A stretch of DNA of 64,000 bases, taken from assembly GCF_018350175.1 (NCBI RefSeq), contig NC_058368.1:27468001-27532000 (forward strand), in the 5' to 3' direction. The notes below the pieces were generated by a model. The model made no database searches, was not told the DNA's origin, and saw only the letters and a list, made by a program, of their open reading frames with translations. Positions within the stretch are counted from its first letter, which is position 1, and the number at the start of each line of letters is the position of its first letter. The stretch is from Felis catus. Taxonomy: Eukaryota. Positions 26,196 through 37,860 of this stretch are shown here, one piece after another. Made by a program: the position numbers and the translations under genes.

Positions 26196-27242
26196 GAAGC
26201 AGTAAGAATCTAGCACTATTTGGCTAATTTGAATGCTGCTTCCTTAGTCTTAGTGAGGTCTAAAAATGGGAAAAAACTCGATGATTTTCATGGAGAAAGC
26301 TCCAAATGCTTTCATGTGCCTGTTTAAATGGCCTTCCTCATGAGGAGCTTGCCACCGGTTGTACAGAGCTGGTTTGTATGTCCTTCTAGAGTCATTTTTA
26401 AGGCCCTGGGACATGCAGAAAGTTTGAGTTCTGACAGCCTCCTCCACTCCTTTTTTATTTTCTTAAATTAGCTACTTACAGTTGTATTTTCCTGGTTGGG
26501 AAACCCATCTTTAAATATGGAGACTTCTGCTTCTCCATGGAAACAGCCAAGACCAACAGTTGCATCTATCCCTTTGGAGATCCACCAGTTCAGTAATGGC
26601 TAAGTTCTCCACCCTCTGTTGTTAGTGTTTCTTTTTACCAAGCCTTTAGATGCCTCCCAGAGGACCACAAAACAGTCTCCATTTTCTGGGTTGGTAGCAT
26701 TTTTCGTTAGATTATGAGTCGTATCTATCTGTTTTTCCATTCCCAGGAAATATTCCAGTTCTTTTAAAGGAACGACAAAGAGGCTTTAGTTGATTATTCA
26801 GGAAGCCCCACCTCACCCCGCCCAATGAATCCAATCCAAAACCAGGGCCTAGAAACTACATTTTCTCAGCATGACTAATGCGCCTGTGATGATACTGTGA
26901 TGGGCAGCGGTAAGGGTGGGAGTGAGGAACAGGAGGATATGACTAATGTTTCCCATTTCTGCTGTATCTCTAGCAATACTGAAGAGCTTAGTTGCCATCC
27001 ATGCGAAAAGCTTGGGAAGCTTTTATTTAACTACCTGCTTTGGCCCCAAATGAATCTAGTGGCAACCGCTCTACTTTTATAAAGAAAGGCTAATGGCTTA
27101 TTAATATCAGCTACTACAGTGATCATTTTGAATATCCTCCTAAGGACAGCTATTCATGAGTGGGTCAGGATTTCTACACTGATTTTAGAAAGATATATAG
27201 AAATCATATAAGCATTTTCCCCTTAATTTTATGAGCAAAAGA

Positions 27243-27451
27243 ATTTTTTTTAACTTTTTTTATGTTTATTTTTGTGAGAGAGAGCATGCACAAACAGGAG
27301 AGGAGCGGAGACAGATACACAGAATCTGAAGCAGGCTCCCAGCTCCGAGCTATCAGCACAGAGCCCAACACGGGGCTCAAACCCACTAACCGTAAGATCA
27401 TGAGCTGAGCCAAAGTCGGATGCTTAACCCACTGAGCCACCCAGGCACCCC
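27243..27451 (-). mobile_element. Can-SINE (SINEC_Fc-like)
   Basis: Reverse SINEC body ending gagccacccaggcacccc. Degenerate TSD agcaaaagaattt / agccaaagaattt. Confidence 0.92.
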
Positions 27452-27481
27452 AAGCCAAAGAATTTAAATAAAAAGTTTCCA

Positions 27482-28090
27482 CGGTATGGAGATTCCTCAA
27501 AAAATCAAAATAGAACTACCCTACGGCCCAGCAATTGCACTACTATTTATCAAAGGGATACAGGTGTACTGTTTCACAGGGGCACATGCACCCCCATGTT
27601 TATAGCAGCACTATCAACAACAGCCAAAGTATGGAAAGAGTCCAACTGTGCATCAATGGATGAATGGATAAAGAAGATGTGGTATGTATATACAATGGAG
27701 TATTACTCGGCATTCAAAAAGAATGAAATCTTGCCATTTGCAGCTACGTGGATGGAACTGGAGGGTAGGATGCTAAGCGAAATTTATGAGTCAGAGAAAG
27801 ACAGATATCATGACTTCACTCATATAAGGACTTTAAGATACAAAACAGATGAACATAAGGGAAGGGAAGCAAAAAATAAAGACAGGGAGAGAGACAAAAC
27901 ATAAGAGACTTAAATATGGAAAACGAACAGTGGGTTACTGGAGGGGTTGTGGGAGGGAGGATGGGCTAAATGGGTAAGGGGCATTAAGGAATCTACTCCT
28001 GAAATCATTGTTGCACTACATGCTAACTAACTTGGATGTAAATTAAAAAATAATAATAAATTTAAAAAATTAAAAATTAAATTAAAGTTA
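27482..28090 (+). mobile_element. 5'-truncated L1 (ORF2 end plus 3' UTR) with a perfect 17-bp TSD
   Basis: Frame 27596-27904 has the typical L1 3'-end translation (MFIAALSTTAKVW...WIKKMWYVYTMEYY). A-rich tail. taaataaaaagtttcca at 27465-27481 and 28091-28107. Confidence 0.93.
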
Positions 28091-29239
28091 TAAATAAAAA
28101 GTTTCCATGACCAAAACATTCAGGTTGCTCTGTCCTTCTGAATCCATAATAGGGAAGGAATCAGGAGTGAAAAATGTCTCAAAGTTACCTGATTTTTGAA
28201 AGACTGCCGCATCACCAATTAGTACTGTAGCCATTTTGAACGTTCTTATTTATCCCCATTTATTAATGTTCTTATTTATCCCCATTTACCTATCATAGAA
28301 CAGTAGAAATTTTAAACAAGTATACTGGCTAGTCTTAGTTCTAGAGGATAAATTCATTCAATATATACTTATTGTACATGTATACTCTGTTGCCAATACT
28401 GAGCCAGAATACACAAAGACTTTCTGAGGGCAGAGTTCCCTGGGGAACCCAAGCCTGGGCCCGGCAGACAGACCATTACCAGTGAGGGAGTGTGCACACA
28501 GAGAGATACCCAGCTCACAGAGGCAACAAAAGCAGCCCCCCCAGGTCCTCCCATTACTGGTATCCCTAAATTTCCTCTTTTAACACCTCGTCTCCTAGCC
28601 TAAAGTCATGAACTTCTCCCCCATCGCCCACACACATCCTCTTCTGACTCGTTCCGTTTATACTGCTGAAGACATCTCACTTCGCACCACCTTCCATAGA
28701 TGTTTATAGGAGATGGTGCTAAGTCTCTGTCCGGTAGAGAGATTAATATGAAAAATGTCTTTCTCTCTTTGCTGGGGCCTTTGGGGTGGTTTACTCGTAA
28801 GACTGCTCAAGCCTCCCCACCGTCTAAGATGCTCCCTTACCCCGGTGGAAAACCACACATCCTCGTCACCCCAAAGGCTGACCGGTCAGTCTGCTGCCTA
28901 AGCCGACATCCAACCAAAGAAGCGAATGCTGCCCCCATCTTGCAGCACCCCTCTTGGCTCTGTGAGCCACTCTCTCGGAGCTTCCCCCTCCCCTGCCTGG
29001 GAGAACCTGTATGCCAGGAGAAGAAAGGAACACCCTCGCCTCCTCACAAAGCCAGAGGTGACTGCTCCTTCTTCCCCCTTGTCTTCTAATGGGGGATTGA
29101 GGGGTCTGCCTACCATTTATTGGAGGCTCCCTGTGAAAACTAGTGGACATAGTGCCACCTGTCCTCAGCTTGGGACAGCAAGGAGAACCCCATTCACCAT
29201 CCTGAAACAGGAGTTTCCCCTTAAGAATTCTGCCCCCTC

Positions 29240-29405
29240 AGGGCCCCTGGGTGGCTCAGTCGGTTAAGCATCCAACTTTGGCTCAGGTCACGATCTCACA
29301 GTTCGTGAGTTCAAGCCCCGCATCGGGCTGTGTGCTGACAGCTGAGAGCCTGGAACCTGCTTCAGATTCTGTGTCTCCCTCTCTCTCTGCCCTTCCCCTG
29401 CTTGT

Positions 29406-29440
<35 letters not shown>

Positions 29441-29462
29441 AATAAATAAACATTAAAAAAAA
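29240..29462 (+). mobile_element. Can-SINE (SINEC_Fc-like)
   Basis: Full body with (CT)n and A tail. Perfect TSD aagaattctgccccctc at 29223-29239 and 29463-29479. Confidence 0.95.
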
Positions 29463-29842
29463 AAGAATTCTGCCCCCTCTCTCCCACTTAACAAATGCAA
29501 ATAAAAGTGTTATTTTAAAAAAAAAACTTATTTTTTAAGTCCTTCATGAGCTTCTATACTCGAACTTATTAGTAACAGAATTACTTACAGTGTCACTTCA
29601 CCAGATTTGAGAATTTCAAAGACACAGGGAAGTAGTTGCCAGATCTATAAATTTAAAAATGGAAATTAACAAACTGGAAGGAGGAGAATAAAATAACTCC
29701 ACTTAAGTGTATTAAAATGGCTATTTGCCACTTAAAGATATTAAAATTATCAATACTACCTTTTACCACTTGCATTATTTCATAAAAGAACATTTTAGCA
29801 AAAAAAGGAGGAATATAATTTCAGGATAAAATGGTAGTGCTT

Positions 29843-30045
29843 GGGGTGCCTGGGAGGCTCGGTGGGTTAAAGTTTCCAACTTCTGATTCCGGCTCAGGTC
29901 ATGATCTTGCGGCTCATGAGATCGAGCCCCACATCAGGCTCTGTGCTGACAGTGCAGAGCCTGCTTGGGATTCTTTCTCCCCCTCTCTCTGTGCCCCCTG
30001 CCCCCTGCTCATGCTTATTCTCTCTCTCAAAACATTTTTTTTTAA
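29843..30045 (+). mobile_element. Can-SINE
   Basis: ggggtgcctggg head and SINEC body. Degenerate TSD aatggtagtgctt / aacggtagttctt. Confidence 0.9.
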
Positions 30046-31364
30046 CGGTAGTTCTTTACATCGCAAGAAAAACAGGTCTCTGAAAACTGAGGTTTTAGCA
30101 TTATGGAGAAATACGATTAATTATTTCTCTCTTCCTCATTTCACTGTAAACCAGTACAAACCTCATATAAGCAGTGTTCTGAAGACAAGTCTTTGAGAGC
30201 GGTGGTCTAGACACTTCGGTTCTCTGTCCTCGGACTAAAGCTAAACTGGGAGTTTTTCTTTAAATGCTGGCACTCATCCCAGAGCATCCCAAGCATCACC
30301 CAGGAGGTCACGAGGCCGTGAGACCCTATCCCAGATCAATCCAGGGTCAGCCTGCGATTCCCAGGGTGACTGGTGCAAGAACGATGTGCTCGTCTAGGGC
30401 TCACTCCACCTGCGTGTCAAACAAATGCAGCTCTTTTTTTGACCTTCAGCTCTCAGGCATCAGAATTTCCCAATAAACAATGTGAGGGCTTAAAAGAGAA
30501 CTCAAACAATGTCAGTCTGAACACCGTTTCATAACAAACAGCAGCATACAGTCTATGAAGTCGACGTCCTCATTTTCACTATTTTGATTTTGGATCTAGG
30601 AGCAGGGAGGATAGAGAGGTAATGCTTTCACTTCAGCCCCGACACCAACCCCCGGCTTTTCATTTGTCAGTACAATGTTGACAGTTGATTTTCACAATGG
30701 AAAAGACTTCGGATTTATACTCAGACTCCAGCCAAACCATCCATTCCTGGACCTTTTAAAATGATCTTGTAAATTACAGCAGGGAGGAGAGAGTAAGCCG
30801 GTTCCCTTTAAACACCAGCAACAACGAGGGGGAAATAAAGGCTTCGGAAAGGATTTGTGCTTCCTTCAGTGGCAGTTAGGGGAAATATGGATTAAATACT
30901 TTTCATAACTGGCAGCTGTAATTATCAGGGAGATCGGAGGCCGTGTGATCTCGGACACCAGCTGTATGAGCCATTTTCATACTGCAAAGCCCACTGAGGG
31001 AAAGAAAAGAGAGAATTTTATCCTCCCAACAACTACAATTTTATATTGGTAAATCAAGCATAAAATTGGTAGCTGAAATGCTTCCAGGAGTCTTTGTTTA
31101 GAAATACCTTCATTCATCTGTATATTATCTCAGAGTCTAGCTTTCCTAACTACTGTTATTCCAGCAGATAGAGTGTTGTGTTTGCCATGTTACTATGACT
31201 GTCTTCAGAACGGGCTGCTATTAAATGCTTGTTGAGTGCTGCTGAAAATGGTGGGGCTGTAACTCAGGCTGACAAAACCATCGCTGGGGTTAGTAAAGGA
31301 CGTTATCTGACTCCGACTCTGACTTGCCTTGCAGTAATGCCCAATGTTTGTCTTTTTAACCCAG

Positions 31365-31450
31365 GCATCATATCAACGTTTCTTCATGTCCATCCTTTTG
31401 GAGCCAATATAGAGTATCTTTGGTCATACATGCAGCAGCTTGACTCCAAG
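31365..31450 (+). CDS. ENOX1: ENOX1 penultimate coding exon (G-IISTFLHVHPFGANIEYLWSYMQQLDSK)
   Basis: Acceptor tctttttaacccAG at 31363-64 and donor GTaaat at 31451. The exon is 86 nt (2 nt + 28 codons) and contains the HVHPFG motif typical of ENOX proteins. Confidence 0.96.
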
Positions 31451-34400
31451 GTAAATTCTTTTTCTCAAGCGCACTTACGTTGGTGGGATTTTGCATGTCA
31501 ACTCCTGGCTGCAGGTGGGCCCTGTGCGAACTGCATCAGGGATCCAACAGCACTTGGAGACTTCTCAGGACTTCTCCGCAAGGCCCTCAGTTTTGGGCCG
31601 ATACTTGTCCTTTTTTCACTTGCATTGGTCTTTAGAGAAAGAAAAGCAGTTATCTACCATGACCGTGCCTTTCAGCAGGTGCCAAATGGGGACATGGCAT
31701 ATGAGGGGCTTAAAATTACAGGTTCCCCAAGCCGGGAGAAATCAGGTCAGGGTGGCTAACGTGGCATTATCTTTAGGCCAGATTCTCACAGGGTTCCGTG
31801 GTAAGAAGTCCACACAATAGGGAGAAAATCGCCTCAAACAACAAAGATCTGATACGACTCTCGAGAAAACTGGATTAGCGGTGGGTTTTCAGCATTATTC
31901 TCTAAATGGAAAAGATGATTGCAGAATTATTCTCAGCCCCACCCCACGAGGGCCACACCCAGAGTCAGGACTCACTCTTCATTTCTCTGAGGCTTGGTTT
32001 TCCTCCTCTCGGCGTTCATTGCGATATCTGTGTTCTACAAGATAGAGGGCAAAAAGAGCTCAATGCATGTATCAGTTGATGTAGCAAATTCCAGGCAACA
32101 ATGAGAGGGGCCCCAGTGGAAATGGTGTCATTACCCAGCACTGCCTGGGGAAGCCCTGGAAGGGGATGGACACAGAAGCAGAGAGTTGAAGCCCGCCACT
32201 GAGCAGCTTGTTAAATGTCCTGCTGGGAGGGAAAATGGAAATACACTCTTCCATAGAGTGCAGCAAAGTGCATGGAATGTGTAGGACCAGGCCCACGGCC
32301 CGCAGTTCTAGGACCCTGACGACACACGTACAAATCATTCTAAATCTCCAAAGGCCAGTATCAATTAAATTACTGCACTGGGCTCTCCGGTTGAGTCACA
32401 TGATCTTACCGATTCATGATGCCATAACTGCTTGGCCTTTCTAATGGGTCTTAAACTTCCCCTCTGAGAGAATCATCTGGAACCAAAAGTATTTTTCAGT
32501 CACAGAGATTCATGTCCATTTATTCTCTCACAGCTGGTAATAGGGTAGACCAAAACAGAGTGAAAGGGGATGAGGCGATTATAAGATTCTTGAAGTTCAC
32601 ACTTGTGTTACTGTCTCCTTTGCAGCCTCCCCTCATGTGGATGGGAGGGATAGAAAATGCTCGTGTGGATTCAGATAAAATGAGAAGGATGAGCTGCACA
32701 ATGTTACTTTGTTGAAATAATACTTTGTTGAAAATACTTTCTTGAAGGGTTTGGGTTTTTTCCCTCACCAGTATCGTTCTTAACATCAACCCTACCTTTG
32801 CCTGAAAGATGAAATGAAATACTACTTTCCCCAGTGTGGCGTGACACAGAATAAGGCCTCGAGAAATTATTCCAATCATTGCTATTATCCTTCCCTGGTA
32901 TTGTTGACATTTCTTTCCTTCCCCTTCTGGAAATCCCAAGTGGAAAGCCTTTGTTGGGAAGCAGTTGTTGTTTTAGTATATATAGGGAGATATGGGTGGC
33001 AGAGGGGGTGGGTGAGGATGAAAATCCCCGGTGGGAGTGATAAATAATGAAGCATGTCCCTCCGGACAGAGTGTCCATCATCCATTTGTTCAGGCAAGAT
33101 TTGTGTGGTCTCCCTTAGTAGTCTCTGAGGAGAGAATTCACACACCTGGTCTCGGGCCATTAGATGATTGGCCTTTCTGGAAGGGATTCTGTCAAAGGGA
33201 AGTCCATTTCATCTCAGACTGATACTTTTATTTTAGAAGATAAAGAAGAAAGTATTTCCTTCACAGAGGAAATACACGGGGTCCCCCCCCCCCCGGACAG
33301 CCCTCCATCTCCTGAATGAAATGCCCAGTAGAGCAGTCAAATCGTTTCCTCATGCATGAAGTAAAAATTATATAGAAAAAGTGCTCTGACTAAAACTCCT
33401 AGGTGCCAGCGATTAGACCAAATATTCTCTCTATCCCAGTGAGGCTGAAAGGGTATTTAGACTGCTTAATCCAGAGACCAAATTACTGCTGTATACTGGA
33501 ATTCTATATCCTCAGGGCTTTAAACAGAAAACAAAATAATGAGAGGTTTGCCCTTTAAGTACCCACCAGGGCCTTGTCCTTGCATCAGCTGCCAGAAGGC
33601 TCAGAATCCTGGAGCCACGACCAGCCCAGTGACGCTGAGGCTGGCTGGTCCAGCGACCTAGTACTCCTGCCTCTGGTTAATCAGAATGACTTGGGCATCA
33701 CCGCCCCCCCACCAAGTTTCGGTTGATGTTGCACCAGGGCCACGGATTCAGCCTGGCCTCCACTGCATGGAGGGTTTACTGACTCTAGGTGGGTTTTCAA
33801 ACTTCCGCTTAGAACAACACTGTTCGACATCAGACAACATCACCATTACAACAACTATCAAATAATATTTAGATTCTGCCTCCCCCAGTGCTGACGAGAA
33901 CAAGGAAGGCAGGCAGCCTGTAATGGAGCTGATTTTATTAGGGTTTCCCCAAAGGCCACATAGGAGTATAAGAATGATTAGAAATGGAAGAAGAGCCAGG
34001 AATTAATTTAAATTAGGCTGGGCATGTGAATTGCACATGGCTCCTAAAAGTGCGTGGCCCAGTAATAGGCCATTTTCCAGTTAAATATTATTCCCGCTCT
34101 TGACAGTGATGTTTGCATATTTTTCTCTTCTCGGCCTCTTCTAAGCCACCCACTCTCATTCGCTCAGCCCTCTTGTAGGTCAGTGTGGCCATATGACCAT
34201 GTCACAAAGATTCACTCAGAGGAAAGCAGAAGGTGGGGGAGGGGTGGAGGGGAGATGGCTTCCTGAAACTTTGCCAAGTCAAAAGTTGTGCCCTGGGCGC
34301 AGGAAGATAAGCTCAAAACAGGCAGCTCTATCCTGCGATGGTTTCTGATCAGAAGCCCCCCCACGTCAACCCACTCGCTGATCCTGAGCAGCAAGGAAGT

Positions 34401-35399
34401 CACATTGAGTCAAGCATTAGCAGATGAATATCTCCTGTCTTACAGTCAAGAGGAGGGATTCTTCTGCTCTTCCTCCCATTGACGTGTTCTTTAGGAGTTA
34501 AGACCCAGTTCTCCCAAGTGTGTGTGGCTGTCCCCTCTACCCATGTACAGCCTCGTCCCAAGGCCCACCAAATAGAATATTTGATTCTGAAAACCAGAGT
34601 CAACATAATATGGCCGCCGATGCTGGAGGATTTGCAAAGACCTGCTGTTTTGACATAATACCACCGTTCACCGACAGGCTGGGTGTTCATAGGCAGGTGT
34701 ACATTTCCCACCAGAGGGGCACTAAAATATCTGGTCTGTCCCGAGGAGATTCAAATTAGCCTTAACTGGAGAGCATTCTTTTCCAGACTATAGCTAGGCA
34801 GTAGCGGTAGATGAAATGTTCTCAGTGGTGTTTGTAAGGTTCCCCTCCCCCTACCAAAAAATCTTCAGTATTATGCATATTCTAGTGTTCTCCTAAGTAG
34901 CCACTTGTCACAGTATGTCCATGAGTGCAAGAATTTTTTTGTTGCTTAGGCTACAATAAAATGTGTTTTTTTAGATCTCACGACACCTCTGGAAAGCATA
35001 TGATAAGTGAAGCATTGGAGGTAACAGCACTTCATTTGGCTACATAAAGAATAAAAAGGAAGTTGTTCACACACCGCCGGAGAAACTGACGAGGTTGCCA
35101 GGGACCCAGTAAACGCTGGGATAATAAACTGCTTTGCATGAACCCGGCACCGTCCTAGGGACCGGGGAGGAACAGGTCATGGCGAGGGCACAAAAGAAAT
35201 CTAACAAAGAATGCTGCTCTCAAAAAGTGTGTAGTCTAGTTGAGACAATGTAAAATACTTATGAAATAACTAGGTAATCAGACATAAACTAACAAGCAGG
35301 CCGATCTTTAGCGAGACAGAAGTTGGAGAGGGGCGAAGTCCGTGCAGGAGGCATCCCCGAGTACGTGCTGTCACACTTCCCTCTAGGGTGCTGTAGCCA

Positions 35400-35660
35400 C
35401 ACTGCTCTCCTCTCCTCCTTCCCTCCTTCCTGCCTCTCTCATTTTCCATCCGTATCCTGTCTTTTCTCCTACTTAATCTTCGTCCTTCTTTCTTTTTCCC
35501 CTTGTCTCTTTCTCTCCCTCCCGGTTCCTCTTCCTTCCGGTTCCTTTCTTCTCTCTTCCTAATTCCTCAGTTACGTTTATCTTCTTTCCTTCTTCCTCTC
35601 TTACTTCCTCCTTGTGTCTTGCTTCCTCCTCCCTTCCCTTCCCTTCTTTGCCCATCCGCA
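35400..35660. repeat. CT-rich low-complexity (polypyrimidine) tract
   Basis: About 260 bp of mostly C/T on the + strand. Confidence 0.85.
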
Positions 35661-36869
35661 TTCTGTATTTCTCTCTGCAGAAGTTTGTTGTGCGGTGTCT
35701 GTGTGCCGATGCCACGCATCGCCCAGGGATATGAAGAATGAACAGGATTTAAATGTGCACGAAAAGCCAGCCGTCAGTTTATCCTATGGAAGGAAATCTG
35801 GTTTTGCAATTGGCTTCTCTGACTCTCCAGCCTTGACAAAGCCTATGCCGGTGTCTTTTCAGTGCCTCAAACAAGAACTCCTCATCACTCGGCTTCCTTG
35901 GCCTGACTGATATGGGACACGGAGCCAGCCAGCCCCATAATAAAACTGATTTATGTCTGCTTGTGTCAATTTATATACACGCTCAGAGGCCTGGCAAAGA
36001 GGCAGTGGGCTTGGGCTGGAGTCAGCAAATCAGAAAATAAATCAAGCAGATATTACAAATTACCTCTGCAGTGTTACCACCACACAAGCCCCTTGGTTAC
36101 ACAGAGTCTTTATTCCTTCTCATATTTTCTGTTCTTTTTTTTTTTTTTAATTAGAACAAATCAATCCTTTCTAAAAGAATAGATGTCAGACTTGGAAAAT
36201 TTTAAGCAGAACAGAGGGGAAGGGGATCCACTGACAATACCAAAGGTTGAAAAGACGCAGACCACCAATTTCTTGGAACAAAAGCAAGCTGAGTAAAAGG
36301 GTGATAAAAGCATCATGTCTATGACGATCCTGCCCACTTTCCAGGGCACCAAATATGTGGTGTATGTGTAAATGGGGCACAGCATGTCCCTACCCTCTAT
36401 GGCAGGGCCACACAGAAGTCTGTTAACCACGTGTATTTGATTCTGCTCCCAGCACCCACGAGAAGACCGCAGTGCTGTGAAAGCAGGGCTGGATTGGGCG
36501 TCGCGAGCCCTGCGCCAAGTTTCAGCCCCTCTGCTCATCAGCAGGGCAAGCATACCCTCCCTGGCCCCCCGTGGGCTCCCTCTAGGACAAAAGGGCACAG
36601 AGAAAGAAGCCCCGACCTCAGAATGGATTTGGGGAAGGGAACCCTGTGCAACTGATGAGGGGGCAGGTGCATTTCACTCTGAGCTCGGCCAGTGAGGTTT
36701 TTCTGCTCTGTTTTATGTGATGACCCCACGACTGCGTCCTCAAACCCAAGAAATTATCAGCATGAGATATTACAAAGGCAAAATTATGAGAGCGGACAAG
36801 CTATGTAGGAGGAGGAGAAAACAGAATTAAAGTAAATGAAAATATCTAATGTAAAAATTCTTTGGCCAT

Positions 36870-36906
<37 letters not shown>

Positions 36907-37453
36907 CAATTGAATTCTCTCTTTGTCTTGAAAATCCCAAAGTGTGATATATCATAAAAGTTATTTTGTCAGGGTAGAGGAAGGTTTAAAAGCCATCAGA
37001 CTGACTTGAAAGCAGTTTCTCTTTGATCTTTCTTCTGGCATGAAATAGAAAACGTCTTAAAGAAATGCTCTACAATTTATCTGAGAGCCTCATTAAATGG
37101 ATATTTTAGGTAGGGGTTCATCTGAGGTGGTGGGTTCTGTGGTCGTGACACATCTCTGTCCACATGATTTACATCTTTACGGCAGGGTCGGGCAGTTCCC
37201 TTCCACTACCAACAGTAACTTAGCATTAACAACTCATTTCCATTACATTGACTTCCAGCTCCGTCAAAATCTAAGGAATTGGTCATCCAAAGGAAGTCAC
37301 CCTAAGGATCTCAAATCCCAGTGTCGCTAATTTATTTGTGTGACCGTGGGCAATTTATTTAACAGCTCGGTGCCTCAGTTTTACCCTCAACTAAAATGGG
37401 TTTTTACGGATTACCATTGTGTATTGAGTGACTTAATATATGAAAAGAACTCA

Positions 37454-37600
37454 ATGGGTATGGAAGAGGGCATCTTTTGGGATGAGCACTGAGTGTTGTA
37501 TGGAAACTAATTTGACACTAAATTTCATATATTAAAAAAGAAAAGAAAAGAAAAGAAAAGAAAAGAAGAAAAGAAAAGAAAAGAAAAGAAAAGAAAAGAA
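37454..37600 (+). mobile_element. Very short cat-type L1 3' end with a (GAAAA)n tail
   Basis: gggatgagcactgagtgttgtatggaaactaatttgacactaaatttcatat is an L1_Fc-like terminus. The tail has expanded into (GAAAA)n. Flanks are gaaaagaactca / gaaaactca. Confidence 0.8.
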
Positions 37601-37611
37601 AACTCAGAACG

Positions 37612-37860
37612 GGGGCACCTGGGTGGCTCAGTCGGTGAGCATCGGACTTTGGCTCAGGTCATGATCTCGCGGTTCGTGGGTTCGAGCCCCACATCCAGCT
37701 CATTGCTGTCAGTGCGTAGCCCGTTTCGGGTCCTCTCTCTCTCTCTGTCCCTCCCTCCCTCTCCCTCTCTCTCTCTCTCTCCCCACCCCACCTTGCTCTC
37801 TCTCTCTGCCCCTCCCCTGCTTGTGCTCTCTCTCTCTCTCCGAAAATGAACATTAAAAAA
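37612..37860 (+). mobile_element. Can-SINE within a MIR remnant (MIR ~37320-37450 and ~37865-37920)
   Basis: ggggcacctgggtggctcagtcgg head with expanded CT region. MIR core tgtgtgaccgtgggcaatttatttaacagctcggtgcctcagttt upstream and gcagtatctagtgcacagtaag downstream. Confidence 0.9.

Noticed and set aside
34707..34724. CTCF-like motif ccaccagaggggcact (also decayed candidates at ~59275 and ~59518 in the L1 5' UTR)
   Set aside because: An extra G breaks the core spacing, and the others have two core mismatches; not supportable from sequence alone.
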